64,000 bases of DNA from a bacterium (GCA_030649135.1 JAUSGI010000008.1:81935-145934), one strand, 5' to 3'. Shown: positions 37,438 to 46,628, counted from the first letter of the stretch. Numbers and translations are program-made. Notes: generated by a model from the sequence alone, not told the origin.

Positions 37438-37674
37438 TCAGGTGCGAACTTGTTCTTGAATCCTTTTTAGGTTTTGCGAAGCCTCATTGTATCGTTCCTC
37501 AACAGTATCGTGTAACCAAGCTGATGAAATCTCTTGATTATTACCACCCGATTCTTTAACTAGACCCGCAACTTCTGCCAAGTGAAAAATGTATGGTGTT
37601 TTTGCTTCGTCATTGCGCACATGGTCCTTGTGTGCGTGCGATGCGAATTCTTTTGCTTTTGTAATTATGTCCAT
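37438..37674 (-). CDS. Truncated HD-domain protein (SpoT/Rel-like hydrolase N-terminal fragment)
   Basis: 78 aa. 'EFASHAHKDHVRNDEAKTPYIFHLAEVAGLV...AWLHDTVEE' parallels 'AFTFALRAHQGHERLSGEPYLKHLSETALIL...GLLHDTIED' of the rel gene at 51423. The fragment ends shortly after the HD motif. Confidence 0.5.
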   Translation of the reverse strand: MDIITKAKEFASHAHKDHVRNDEAKTPYIFHLAEVAGLVKESGGNNQEISSAWLHDTVEERYNEASQNLKRIQEQVRT

Positions 37675-37712
37675 ATTTTTGATGTTTCTTAGAGTCCGAA
37701 CCTGTCTCTACA

Positions 37713-38348
37713 CTAGAGATCTACTCGGTGTAATCCTTTTTTCTTTATTAGACTGCCTAGAAAGATGCAATTGCGGCCATGCTTCCCGTTGACGAATATT
37801 TCATCGCACTCACATTCACCAAGAACACCTTTAAAGTACTCGTAGTCCATCTCTTTGGGCGCAAAGATTACAATATCATTCGTTATAAACTCTTTGATAT
37901 CAGAAATCAATTTAGCTAAGTCAGGATTTACTAGAGACCTTTTTTCTGCCGAATAGTTTGGATATTTCTCAGGGTACCAGTAAGGAATATCGTAAATAAC
38001 AATATCCGCAGCAATACTTTTGAGTAAATCGGTATCAGTCACATCTCCCAAAACTAATTTAACTTTTTCAAGCAGACCTGCTTTTTCTAAATTTTCTCGA
38101 CATGCTTCCAATACTTTTTTATCTATATCGACACCAATAGCTCCCTTGAACACTGGTGCTAAACGTTCAAGTGTAACACCAACCGCACAGCAGAGTTCGA
38201 GTAAAATCTTATTCGTATTGCCAATGCGTTCTCCAAGCCATTTTGCAGCCGTAGGATTGTTGGATAGGTAGAGAGATAATGCATCACCAGCGATATCTTC
38301 CCGGTATCCTCTTTTTTGTATGAGTAAACTACGAACGTTATCGTACAT
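37713..38348 (-). CDS. Class I SAM-dependent methyltransferase (RNA/small-molecule MTase-like)
   Basis: Motif I 'LELCCAVGVTLERLA' and 'GVDIDKKVLEACRENL' indicate a Rossmann-type MTase. The start is the internal ATG 'MYDNVRS'. Confidence 0.55.
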   Translation of the reverse strand: MYDNVRSLLIQKRGYREDIAGDALSLYLSNNPTAAKWLGERIGNTNKILLELCCAVGVTLERLAPVFKGAIGVDIDKKVLEACRENLEKAGLLEKVKLVLGDVTDTDLLKSIAADIVIYDIPYWYPEKYPNYSAEKRSLVNPDLAKLISDIKEFITNDIVIFAPKEMDYEYFKGVLGECECDEIFVNGKHGRNCIFLGSLIKKKGLHRVDL

Positions 38349-38415
38349 AATCTCTATTTTAACAGATTTAGGCTTCAACAATAGACACCTGCGATTTTTG
38401 ACAATTTCAAATTTT

Positions 38416-39276
38416 TTAAGAGATTTTCCCGAAGAAGTCCTCAAGTCCCTGATGATTCATTGTATCGTCATAACCCTGCTGGATCGTCTGAGACAAACAG
38501 TTAAACCTGGTGTCTATTCTGAAAATTGGTAAGTTCTTCTTTGGCTGAATTACAGCAATGTTTTTCTTCTGGCGTATTTTCTCAATAAGATTGGGTATTT
38601 GCTCGTAGTGAGCGGGCATGCTCCAAATCGCTTCCTGTAGTGCAGTTGTTTCATCGCGTATGAGAAGCCAGCGTAAAATTTTACGGAAGAAAAACATTTT
38701 AGGCAACGGCATAGGCGGTCTTGTAAGAACTATCAGGATATTATCTTCATCAAAAACTCTTTCTAGCCCAGAAACACTACCAATAGTGCCGTCATAGTAA
38801 CACCGGCCCCCAAAACAAACCTTTCCTTCAGAAAAATAAGGAACGGCACAGCTTGATCTTAATAGTTCATAAAAATTTATTGGATCATCTTTCGAGAAAA
38901 AAACAGAAGTTCCAGTTTCAGCATCGGTAACGCCAATTTCTAATTTAGTTGGGTTACTCTTAAATGCGGGAAGATTTAATGGATATCGCTTTTGAAGCAT
39001 TTCATCGATAAGAAAATTAATGTTCATGACACGTTTACCGATGGGGAATTTCCAGGGAGTAACAAATTTACCAGATCTTACTAAGTCCTCCCAAATCGGT
39101 TGGATGAGATTCTCCTGGCCGCTGACAAGATACGAATATACTGCTGCTGCACCTGAGCTTGCTACAATACGATGGAGTTTTTTAAAGCCGTATCTCTTCC
39201 CAAGTGCGGACACGACTCCAGCATGATAGGCAGTAATCATTCCGCCGCCCTGCCCAATGATACAAAATTGATTCAT
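38416..39276 (-). CDS. Patatin-like phospholipase
   Basis: Oxyanion 'GQGGGM', the serine lipase motif 'ASSGA' (GxSxG) and the C-terminal 'DG' dyad. Confidence 0.7.
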   Translation of the reverse strand: MNQFCIIGQGGGMITAYHAGVVSALGKRYGFKKLHRIVASSGAAAVYSYLVSGQENLIQPIWEDLVRSGKFVTPWKFPIGKRVMNINFLIDEMLQKRYPLNLPAFKSNPTKLEIGVTDAETGTSVFFSKDDPINFYELLRSSCAVPYFSEGKVCFGGRCYYDGTIGSVSGLERVFDEDNILIVLTRPPMPLPKMFFFRKILRWLLIRDETTALQEAIWSMPAHYEQIPNLIEKIRQKKNIAVIQPKKNLPIFRIDTRFNCLSQTIQQGYDDTMNHQGLEDFFGKIS

Positions 39277-39278
39277 TT

Positions 39279-39352
39279 TGGCTGCGGGACTTGGATTCGA
39301 ACCAAGATACTCGCCTTCAAAGGGCGATGTCCTACCATTAGACGATCCCGCA
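39279..39352 (-). tRNA. tRNA-Gln (anticodon TTG)
   Basis: Hand fold. Acceptor TGCGGGA/TCCCGCA, anticodon loop CTTTGAA, T-arm CTTGG-TTCGAAT-CCAAG, CCA encoded. Confidence 0.8.
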
Positions 39353-39401
39353 ATAGGTCCAATTTATCAAAATTCTATCCCTTTCGCCACCTCCATAAAA
39401 T

Positions 39402-39671
39402 CTATTCTAGTGTTCTCAAGAACTTAAGAATAGATTTGCCATCATCAGTTAAAGCATGGCGCACACTATTATTATCATTCCTTTTCATCACAATACCAGA
39501 AAGCGCTAACCGCCGGATATGATCTGCCCCTGTTTTGTAATTTATTATCAACATGTCAGATATCTCCGTGACTGACAACTCGGGAGATTTGGCTAATAAC
39601 TCCATTATTTCTATCCTTCTATGGTTTGAAAACCCTCTAACTAATTTTTGCAGTTGTTTAGGTTTTCTCAT
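39402..39671 (-). CDS. ArsR/SmtB-family winged-helix transcriptional regulator
   Basis: 'HRRIEIMELLAKSPELSVTEISDMLIINYKTGADHIRRL' matches the ArsR HTH. Confidence 0.65.
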   Translation of the reverse strand: MRKPKQLQKLVRGFSNHRRIEIMELLAKSPELSVTEISDMLIINYKTGADHIRRLALSGIVMKRNDNNSVRHALTDDGKSILKFLRTLE

Positions 39672-39703
39672 TCTATACTGGTGTTCTTGAGAACATAAGA
39701 ATG

Positions 39704-40747
39704 CTATTTGACAGTGTCGGCGAGAGCAAGCTCGAGAGCCAGTTCTGGGATACTGGTGCGGCCGGAGTCTTCGTAAGCAGTAATGAAGCGCAGGAGAACG
39801 TCGGCAGTTAGGTCAGTCCCAGCTTTGTCTCTAAGGGTTTGCAAAAACTTAAAGTCATCTTCACTAACTTCTCCGGCAATATATTCGTCCATACCTGCTT
39901 TGAGCCGCAGGAGAAAGAGGAAACGCAGGCGCTCGAGAATAAGTTTGGCGAAAAGTTTCATCTCGGCATTGGCTCCGGCGGCGCTCTGGATTGCTTTCAT
40001 CCCCTTTTCTAAATCTTTTTCGACAATCGATTCGAGAATCTGGCGCACCAGCTCCGCTTTCGGCGCACCAGTTACTTGTTCTATCTCCTCTCTGGTTATC
40101 TTCTTACTTTTGGTAGAAGAAAGCACTTTTTCCAAAATCCCATGCGCATCGCGGAAAGAGCCGTCACCCAGTAGCGCCACCAGTTCCGCCGCGGCCGGCT
40201 CAAGCGCTGCGCCCTCCTTTTTCGCCACCGAGAGTGCGAAATCTTTGAGCGTCGCTTGATTGGGTTGTTTGAACGAAAAAGTTTGGCAACGAGAAATCAC
40301 CGTCTCCGGCACTTTCTCAAGTTCGGTGGTAGCTAAGATGAAGACCACATGCGCCGGTGGTTCCTCAAGAGTCTTTAGAAACGCGTTCCAGGCATCTTTG
40401 GTAAGCATGTGCACTTCGTCGATAATGTAGACCTTATATTTGGACTCGAATGGCAAAGTATTGACCGATTCCCGAATCTCCCGCACGTCGTCGATACCAC
40501 GGTTGGAAGCGGCGTCCATCTCGACGAGGTCATTGGCCGAGGTGCCAATTTCTCGCGACAAAATTCTCGCCATGGAAGTCTTGCCGGTACCTCGTGAGCC
40601 AGAGAAAAGGTAGGCATGGGAAATATTGCCGAGTTTGATTGCCCCTTCCAAAACTTTGACAATATGACCCTGCCCGATAATATCTCCAAAGGTTTGGGGA
40701 CGATATTTGCGGTAAAGCACTCCCCCGCTCTTCTCTCCTTTTTTCAT
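39704..40747 (-). CDS. dnaX: DNA polymerase III subunit gamma/tau (short)
   Basis: 'YRPQTFGDIIGQ', Walker A 'GSRGTGKTS', 'DEVHML' and sensor motifs. Confidence 0.85.
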   Translation of the reverse strand: MKKGEKSGGVLYRKYRPQTFGDIIGQGHIVKVLEGAIKLGNISHAYLFSGSRGTGKTSMARILSREIGTSANDLVEMDAASNRGIDDVREIRESVNTLPFESKYKVYIIDEVHMLTKDAWNAFLKTLEEPPAHVVFILATTELEKVPETVISRCQTFSFKQPNQATLKDFALSVAKKEGAALEPAAAELVALLGDGSFRDAHGILEKVLSSTKSKKITREEIEQVTGAPKAELVRQILESIVEKDLEKGMKAIQSAAGANAEMKLFAKLILERLRFLFLLRLKAGMDEYIAGEVSEDDFKFLQTLRDKAGTDLTADVLLRFITAYEDSGRTSIPELALELALADTVK

Positions 40748-41727
40748 GAACGTAGTATATCAGATACTATTTTGTTAACCTCGTTTGCGTTGTTCGTTTC
40801 CATAAGTTTGGCGCGTAAATCCCCTGCTTTATCAAAGCCCGTAACGTAGGCCTTAAAATGTTTCTTCATCACAGAAAAGTTTTTGTACCCACCGAGCAGT
40901 TCTTCAAATAACTTTGTGTGCTCAACCAGCACCCGCAGTTTTTCTTCGGTTGCCGGAACATATCCTTCCACAAATAGCCACGGGTTTCCGAAAATGGCCC
41001 GGCCGAGCATGACACCATCACAGCCCGTCTCTTCGACTCTCATCCTTGCTTCTTTCAAATCTTTAACATCCCCATTACCCAAAATTAAAGTGTCTTTACC
41101 ACTTGCATCACGAATCTCGACTGCCAGTTTGACAAACTCCCAACGAGCGGGCACCTTCGACATTTCTTTCCTGGTACGAGCATGAATGGTAACCATCGCC
41201 ACTCCCTCTTTAAGCATTTCTGACAGCCAGCTCTCCAGGTCAGGACGACTGTACCCTATACGAGTTTTGACCGAGACAGGTAGTGTGCTAGCCCCTTCTT
41301 TAGCCGCCCTTACAAGCTCCCGAGCCAGCACCACGTTCTTCATAAGTGATGCGCCGGCACCTTGTTTCTCGATACTTTTGTCCGGACAACCCATATTTAT
41401 ATCGACACCATCAAAGCCAAGCTCCTTTGCGAGCTCGGCGGCTTTTTTCATATGTTCCGGAGAGGAGGTAAAGAATTGCGCCACGATTGGCCGCTCCGCT
41501 TCGCTATATTCCAGATTCTTCAAAAGTTTCTTTTTCCCCTCTTCCGGCGCAAGTGCCAAGCCGTCGGCAGAAGTAAATTCTGTCCACATCACGGCGGGTT
41601 TACCCCGCCCACCTAGGCGGGGCGAGCCGTACTTAGCGATTATTCTGCGAAAAGCGGCATCCGTAACATCCGCCATGGGAGCGAGGACGAAAACAGGTTT
41701 TTCTATTTTCTGCCAGAAATTATCCAT
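40744..41727 (-). CDS. dus: tRNA-dihydrouridine synthase, carrying an in-frame 10-aa palindromic insertion
   Basis: 'FVLAPMADVTDAAFRRII', 'MWTEF' and the TIM-barrel Dus family. The inserted 'SPRLGGRGKP' lies between the conserved 'AKYG' and 'AVMWTEF' and is encoded by the palindrome at 41603-41622. Confidence 0.8.
   Translation of the reverse strand: MDNFWQKIEKPVFVLAPMADVTDAAFRRIIAKYGSPRLGGRGKPAVMWTEFTSADGLALAPEEGKKKLLKNLEYSEAERPIVAQFFTSSPEHMKKAAELAKELGFDGVDINMGCPDKSIEKQGAGASLMKNVVLARELVRAAKEGASTLPVSVKTRIGYSRPDLESWLSEMLKEGVAMVTIHARTRKEMSKVPARWEFVKLAVEIRDASGKDTLILGNGDVKDLKEARMRVEETGCDGVMLGRAIFGNPWLFVEGYVPATEEKLRVLVEHTKLFEELLGGYKNFSVMKKHFKAYVTGFDKAGDLRAKLMETNNANEVNKIVSDILRS
41603..41622. repeat. 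REP-like palindrome CCCCGCC-CACCTA-GGCGGGG, in-frame inside dus
   Basis: 'ccccgcccacctaggcgggg', with an adjacent ggcggg-ttta-ccccgcc half overlapping at 41594-41609. Confidence 0.7.
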
Positions 41728-44068
41728 TCACGTCCTTTTCCGTCAATTCTATTTCCGAGCCTGAAGTAATTTCACCGGATATCATCTTCTTGGCAATAAC
41801 CTGTTCAACAGTCTCCTGTATGGCGCGATTAAGCGGCCGGGCACCGAACTTCGGGTCCATACCTTTTTTGGTTAGAAATGATATCAAAGAGTCGCTGATT
41901 TTAAGAGTGATGCCTTGTTTCTTCAGACGTAAGGTGAGGTGGGACAATAAGCGTTTAGACACCTCACGTAAAGATGCTTCGTCGAGGGGATGGAATAGTA
42001 TCACGCCGTCAAAGCGATTCAATAACTCCGGTTTGAAAATTCCCTTGGCGATTATCTCATTAATAATCGTTTCGCGCGCCAGGGAAAGGTCCTTACCGGA
42101 CTTGACGTATTCAAAGATGAGGTCACTCCCAGCGTTGGAGGTGGCGACAATGATGACATTTCTGGCACTCACCTTTTCGCCCCGCATGTCCGAAAAGATT
42201 CCCTCATCTATAATCTGGAGAAATAAGTCCAGTACTTTCGAATCTGTTTTTTCAAATTCATCAAGCAAAAGAACGCCATACGGGTTCTCACGAAGCAAAG
42301 TAGTAAGCGTCCCCGGCGTCTTGGACTCAAATGAGCCTATCAATCTGTTTAACGAGTCCGGAGCATTATATTCGGACATGTCGAGACGAAGTAATTTGGA
42401 TGCTTGGCCGAAAAAGACTTCCCCCAAAGCTTTAGCCGTTTCCGTTTTACCAACTCCGGTAGGGCCGATAAACAGAAAAGAGCCGGCGGGTCTTAACGGA
42501 TTGCCTATGCCGGAGCGGGCGCGTCTGACAGCGTCGCTCACCGCCTTAATCGCATCATCTTGACCCACAATCCTCTCCTTGAGAATAATCTCAAGATTCA
42601 AGAGCTTGTCTTTCTCTTCCGGTTTGACAAAACCGGTTGGTATGCCGGTTTTAGACTTGACCGCGGAGAGAATGTCTTCCTTATTCACTATCCCCCTTCC
42701 ATCTTGGCTCACTTTCGCTGACGATGTCGCTATAAGATCCATGGCGCTGTCAGCAAGCGGTCTGTCCACAAAATATTGTTTGGATGCGGCCACAGCTTCA
42801 GAGAGCGCCGGGTAGGAAATCAAAATATTCATTTGTTTCTCCAAATGGTTGACCTCCGATTCAAGCATTTGCACCAACGCGTCTTCATCGACCGGCAAGA
42901 CATTTACTTTTTCAAAATGTTGTTTAATCTCGCCCAAGGGTTCGAGCAGACGCTGGTATTCCTCGGTATTGGAGACGCCCACAATCTGCATCTGCGACGA
43001 AGAGAGAAAGGGACTTAACAGGGCCAGCACAGAAACTCCGTAACTATTGCCCGCCGACAAAAAAGCGGCCATATTCGGTATGACGAATATGACATTACCG
43101 GCCCTTTCGGACTCTTGCAGCACCTTTATCAGTTCGCGTTCCAATATCTGACCATTACTTGCCGCCGCGGAAAGAGTGGAGATTTCAAAAACCCATATTT
43201 GTTTGTTGCTTAATGCGGCAGACACTTCGTCTTTCTCTATAAGTTTGTGGAGTTCCTCAAGCACTTCCATCTTCCCTACCCCGTCGTCACCGACAAGCAA
43301 AGCATTGGCTTCATGCGACCGGGACAGAGCAATTTCCAGAAGCTTGGCTTCTTCGATATGGTACCCTTCCTCACCCATTGAGTCGGAGATTATAAGTGGA
43401 CGGGCATACTTCATCAGAGAAAATGATTTTCCATACGACCAATCCCGGCCTATGGGGTCTATTTTGAAAAGATTGTCTTTGCCCCACCATCTTTTTGATT
43501 TCAAGATATTAAATCTGACTGACGCGGTCCATGTCGCCGCTCCCAGAAATTCTTCCTCCGTAACGTGATGAGTGAGAATAAAGTTCTTGAATTCGATATC
43601 GGAAGTAAGCAATCCTCCTAGATATCCACGAAGGATGGAATGGCCTCTAGTTAACTTGAAAGAGGCCGATGTTACCTTAGACTTTCTGTTCGATAAAAAG
43701 TTCTTCTGGGATTCCTGGTCTATGCCACAACGCCAAAGTATTTCCCTTCCCAACTTGGCCGACATGAAGCCGTAAGTTAAATCGCCTTCCGGAGAACCGA
43801 AAACTATCAAGGCGAGCTCACAGGCAAATCTACCGGTATCTTTGGAACGCTTAAAATAAAGAGAGTAAAAGAAACAATCAAACAAAGAGAGTATGAGCCA
43901 TAACGAGAAAAAGGCGAGACCAAGACCTATGGACCATATTGAAGTAATAGCGAATAATAAAATAAGGACGGTCTTCACAATACCGCGCGCACGTCGCGGT
44001 AAGGTTTGCTCAAGCAGATAAACCGGCTTCCAGGGGGTAAGTGTTTTCTTTAATGTTTCATAATGCAT
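41720..44068 (-). CDS. Membrane-anchored Clp/Hsp100-family AAA+ ATPase (ClpC/ClpA-like) with a degenerate D1 module
   Basis: Two N-terminal TM helices. D1 Walker A is degenerate ('LLVGDDGVGKMEV'). D2 is intact: Walker A '[14 protein letters not shown]', Walker B 'LLLDEFEK', sensor 'IIVATSN', R-finger 'GARPL'. Confidence 0.7.
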   Translation of the reverse strand: MHYETLKKTLTPWKPVYLLEQTLPRRARGIVKTVLILLFAITSIWSIGLGLAFFSLWLILSLFDCFFYSLYFKRSKDTGRFACELALIVFGSPEGDLTYGFMSAKLGREILWRCGIDQESQKNFLSNRKSKVTSASFKLTRGHSILRGYLGGLLTSDIEFKNFILTHHVTEEEFLGAATWTASVRFNILKSKRWWGKDNLFKIDPIGRDWSYGKSFSLMKYARPLIISDSMGEEGYHIEEAKLLEIALSRSHEANALLVGDDGVGKMEVLEELHKLIEKDEVSAALSNKQIWVFEISTLSAAASNGQILERELIKVLQESERAGNVIFVIPNMAAFLSAGNSYGVSVLALLSPFLSSSQMQIVGVSNTEEYQRLLEPLGEIKQHFEKVNVLPVDEDALVQMLESEVNHLEKQMNILISYPALSEAVAASKQYFVDRPLADSAMDLIATSSAKVSQDGRGIVNKEDILSAVKSKTGIPTGFVKPEEKDKLLNLEIILKERIVGQDDAIKAVSDAVRRARSGIGNPLRPAGSFLFIGPTGVGKTETAKALGEVFFGQASKLLRLDMSEYNAPDSLNRLIGSFESKTPGTLTTLLRENPYGVLLLDEFEKTDSKVLDLFLQIIDEGIFSDMRGEKVSARNVIIVATSNAGSDLIFEYVKSGKDLSLARETIINEIIAKGIFKPELLNRFDGVILFHPLDEASLREVSKRLLSHLTLRLKKQGITLKISDSLISFLTKKGMDPKFGARPLNRAIQETVEQVIAKKMISGEITSGSEIELTEKDVNG

Positions 44069-44074
44069 AAATCC

Positions 44075-44464
44075 TTAGATAAAGAGATTAATTGCGCCGA
44101 GAGAAAAAAGAAACAAAATGATAAGCGGCACGAGCGCCCATAAAACAAACGCTACAGGACCGGCGATAACCAGCAGAAGCAAAACGAGCAACCCGGCCGT
44201 CATCACAAACGTTTTTAAGACAAATCCCACCATGCGCATCAGAGTATTAACCACCAAAGTTTCGAAAAAAACTTCGGGGTTAAGCCCTTTTTGATACTCT
44301 TCATCAAGCCGTCCAAATGGGGCAAACCAAGTTCTAAAGAGAAGTCCCAAGGAGAAAAAGTGACGGACGAACAAAATAAGATTTTTCCAATTGTGAAGTA
44401 AATCTTTTAAGCCATCGGTATAATGCCACCTGGTGTAGAAAGGTAAGAGATAGAAGAAACCCAT
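44075..44464 (-). CDS. Hypothetical multi-pass membrane protein
   Basis: 129 aa with Trp/Phe-rich TM helices. Confidence 0.4.
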   Translation of the reverse strand: MGFFYLLPFYTRWHYTDGLKDLLHNWKNLILFVRHFFSLGLLFRTWFAPFGRLDEEYQKGLNPEVFFETLVVNTLMRMVGFVLKTFVMTAGLLVLLLLVIAGPVAFVLWALVPLIILFLFSLGAINLFI

Positions 44465-44482
44465 GACTTCTTAATTATACTA

Positions 44483-45298
44483 TTAATCTTTGAATTTGTA
44501 GAATACTTTATTTTCGGTACGCAAATCGAGGTAGCGTATCCTGTCGAAGAAATCACTTTGGGCTTTGATGGCGGGGTCGGAGAGAAACGCCTCCAAGTTC
44601 GAGCGGATAAGGACGAGATCGTCCTCCCTTCGCCATATAATCTGACCTCCCTCGGACAGCCCGAGCTTGTAGTCCTCGCTTCCGACTTCCATGGTCAAAG
44701 GTTGAATCTTGAGTGCCGCCAAATTTTCTATAAACTTTGAAAGTAATCGAAAATCTTGAATAGGAGTGAATCTTTTACCCACGGGACTCTCGGCCTGGTT
44801 AGGAGCAAGGTAGGCAAAGTAGACTCCATCCGAAAAGGAGGGCGCGGGAGCAAAAATGAATCCCTCTTCGTCCAGGAAAAAACATTCGGGAGTGCAGTAA
44901 AGGGCAAAAGGCATACGCTCGAGAACTGCTACGAGCAACTCCTGTTGTTCCCCTAAATCCAAATTAACAGACTTGAACCTAGGAAATTCTCCAAGCAGAT
45001 TTTCTCTGATGGCACGCCGCGGATAGATGAGAACATTGGCCCGGGGAATAAGCCAAAGATAGTAACCTGCAAGCCCGCGTCTGACCGTTTGGATAATTTC
45101 TTCTTTATCAACCACATTCTCTCCCAAAATCGTGACATCGGTTATTTGAAAGCGTTCCAGACGAGAAAGATAGATTAGCCAAGAAAGAATGGACAGGAAT
45201 CCAATAGAAAGCAGGGTAAGCCGGATAAGTCTCCTCCTTTTCTTCTTCTCATAGAATTCTCGCGAGTTAAGGACCCTGCCACTCGAAACAATTTTCAT
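44483..45298 (-). CDS. ftsQ: Cell-division protein FtsQ/DivIB (POTRA domain)
   Basis: A basic N-terminus and a TM helix are followed by POTRA-like 'FQITDVTILGENVVDKEEI'. The gene is in a dcw-cluster-like position beside the mur-ligase fragment. Confidence 0.65.
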   Translation of the reverse strand: MKIVSSGRVLNSREFYEKKKRRRLIRLTLLSIGFLSILSWLIYLSRLERFQITDVTILGENVVDKEEIIQTVRRGLAGYYLWLIPRANVLIYPRRAIRENLLGEFPRFKSVNLDLGEQQELLVAVLERMPFALYCTPECFFLDEEGFIFAPAPSFSDGVYFAYLAPNQAESPVGKRFTPIQDFRLLSKFIENLAALKIQPLTMEVGSEDYKLGLSEGGQIIWRREDDLVLIRSNLEAFLSDPAIKAQSDFFDRIRYLDLRTENKVFYKFKD

Positions 45299-45328
45299 AA
45301 GAGAAGTATAACAAATCCTTTAACAATT

Positions 45329-45910
45329 TTAGAAAAAAGAAATGTGATGAGGCCGATACATCGAGTACTCAAGACAGAGAACCTCGTGTGATGGGTCCAT
45401 GTAGTTGACTATCCAAGACGATAGATTGAGTGGGGTCAGACGCTTCGAATAAATGCGTCCGCACTCAAACCGTTTGGATAGAATGCTCTGGATCATGGCG
45501 GCGGTTGTCGTCTTACCGACACTTCCAGTAACTCCCACTACTAGTGGGTTGAGAATCGAAAGAACGTACTCCCGCAGTTGATTGATTGCGAGAAACACGT
45601 CGTGAACACGGATATATTTCAGGCCGTACATGTCGCCGTCGGAGACTCTGCCATCGACCACGAAGACGATATTGCTTCTTTGTCGAAGTTTGGGGATATT
45701 TTTGGTACGATCAAACGCGTTGATGTACCAACCCTCTTCTTTCGGATTGTCTTTATAGACTACGAAGTAGAGTTCGTTTCCCTCTCTAACACCGCCTGTC
45801 TCAAACTCCCTGATGTAGGCGACGTTGAGTCTCATGAAAGATGTTCCGTCACTGACGTTGTGAACCTCTGCTTCCCAGATGGCTCTGATCGTCTCGATAC
45901 TTATTTGCAC
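45329..45910 (-). CDS. Mur-ligase (MurF-like) N-terminal fragment, truncated
   Basis: 'LVVGVTGSVGKTTTAAMI' is the Mur-ligase P-loop, preceded by a MurF-like N-terminal domain. The ORF stops after about 193 aa against about 450 aa expected, and no remainder of the gene is visible nearby. Confidence 0.55.
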   Translation of the reverse strand: MQISIETIRAIWEAEVHNVSDGTSFMRLNVAYIREFETGGVREGNELYFVVYKDNPKEEGWYINAFDRTKNIPKLRQRSNIVFVVDGRVSDGDMYGLKYIRVHDVFLAINQLREYVLSILNPLVVGVTGSVGKTTTAAMIQSILSKRFECGRIYSKRLTPLNLSSWIVNYMDPSHEVLCLEYSMYRPHHISFF

Positions 45911-45920
45911 TTTGTTCTCC

Positions 45921-46628
45921 CTAGGTCAGGTTGACGATGACTGAAACAAGCTCATCAGTGTGAGTGTTGGCGATATCGTGTCCGCCGCCCTCGATGACGT
46001 GGAGTTTGTGGTGGCTCTTGCGCGAAGCAAGAAAATCCTTTACCGACTCAAGCGGAGTAGCAGAATCCTTCTCTCCGTAGATCAGGACGAGTTCGTCCGA
46101 CACTTTCAGCAGGTCCTCTCTGAGATCGAGACCGACGATGTTGCGGTAGGTTTCTCTCATCACGGGACTGGCCTTAGTGTAGTAGGGATTTCTCACCACG
46201 CTCGTAAGATAGAAGTCTCTGGCAAGTACAATGAGTCTTTCCGGCAGGATGGCTTTGAGCCAACCGATCGAGACACTCTTTTTCTCGTACCGGCGAAGAA
46301 TGGCTGGGGAGACGAGAAAGGTCTTGACTGTCTTGTTGCCCGAGACTGCCTTCCAGTGAAGCAAAATCGCTCCGCCGAAAGAGTATCCGAGCACGATGTC
46401 CGGTTTCTCCCTCTGTATAACCCGATCTAAATACCGGCTAAAATCAGAAAGAACCCATGGGTGTTCTGGTTCTTTCTCCCCGCAGAATCCGGGAAGATTG
46501 AAGCGAACAACCTCAAAGTATGTCGAGAGTTCTTCCACGAAGCGTGAGCGATTGCTCCACGCATCCGTGCATCCAGACGATGTATAGTTATCGTGATTCC
46601 AACCGTGGACAAGGAGAATCTTTTTCAT
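45921..46628 (-). CDS. Alpha/beta-fold hydrolase
   Basis: 'LLVHGW' and the GxSxG motif 'GYSFGG', plus a C-terminal 'GGGHD'. Confidence 0.6.
   Translation of the reverse strand: MKKILLVHGWNHDNYTSSGCTDAWSNRSRFVEELSTYFEVVRFNLPGFCGEKEPEHPWVLSDFSRYLDRVIQREKPDIVLGYSFGGAILLHWKAVSGNKTVKTFLVSPAILRRYEKKSVSIGWLKAILPERLIVLARDFYLTSVVRNPYYTKASPVMRETYRNIVGLDLREDLLKVSDELVLIYGEKDSATPLESVKDFLASRKSHHKLHVIEGGGHDIANTHTDELVSVIVNLT

Noticed and set aside
41186-41764. 192-aa Ser/Ala-rich plus-strand ORF
   Set aside because: It is antisense to dus and shows low-complexity shadow-ORF behaviour.
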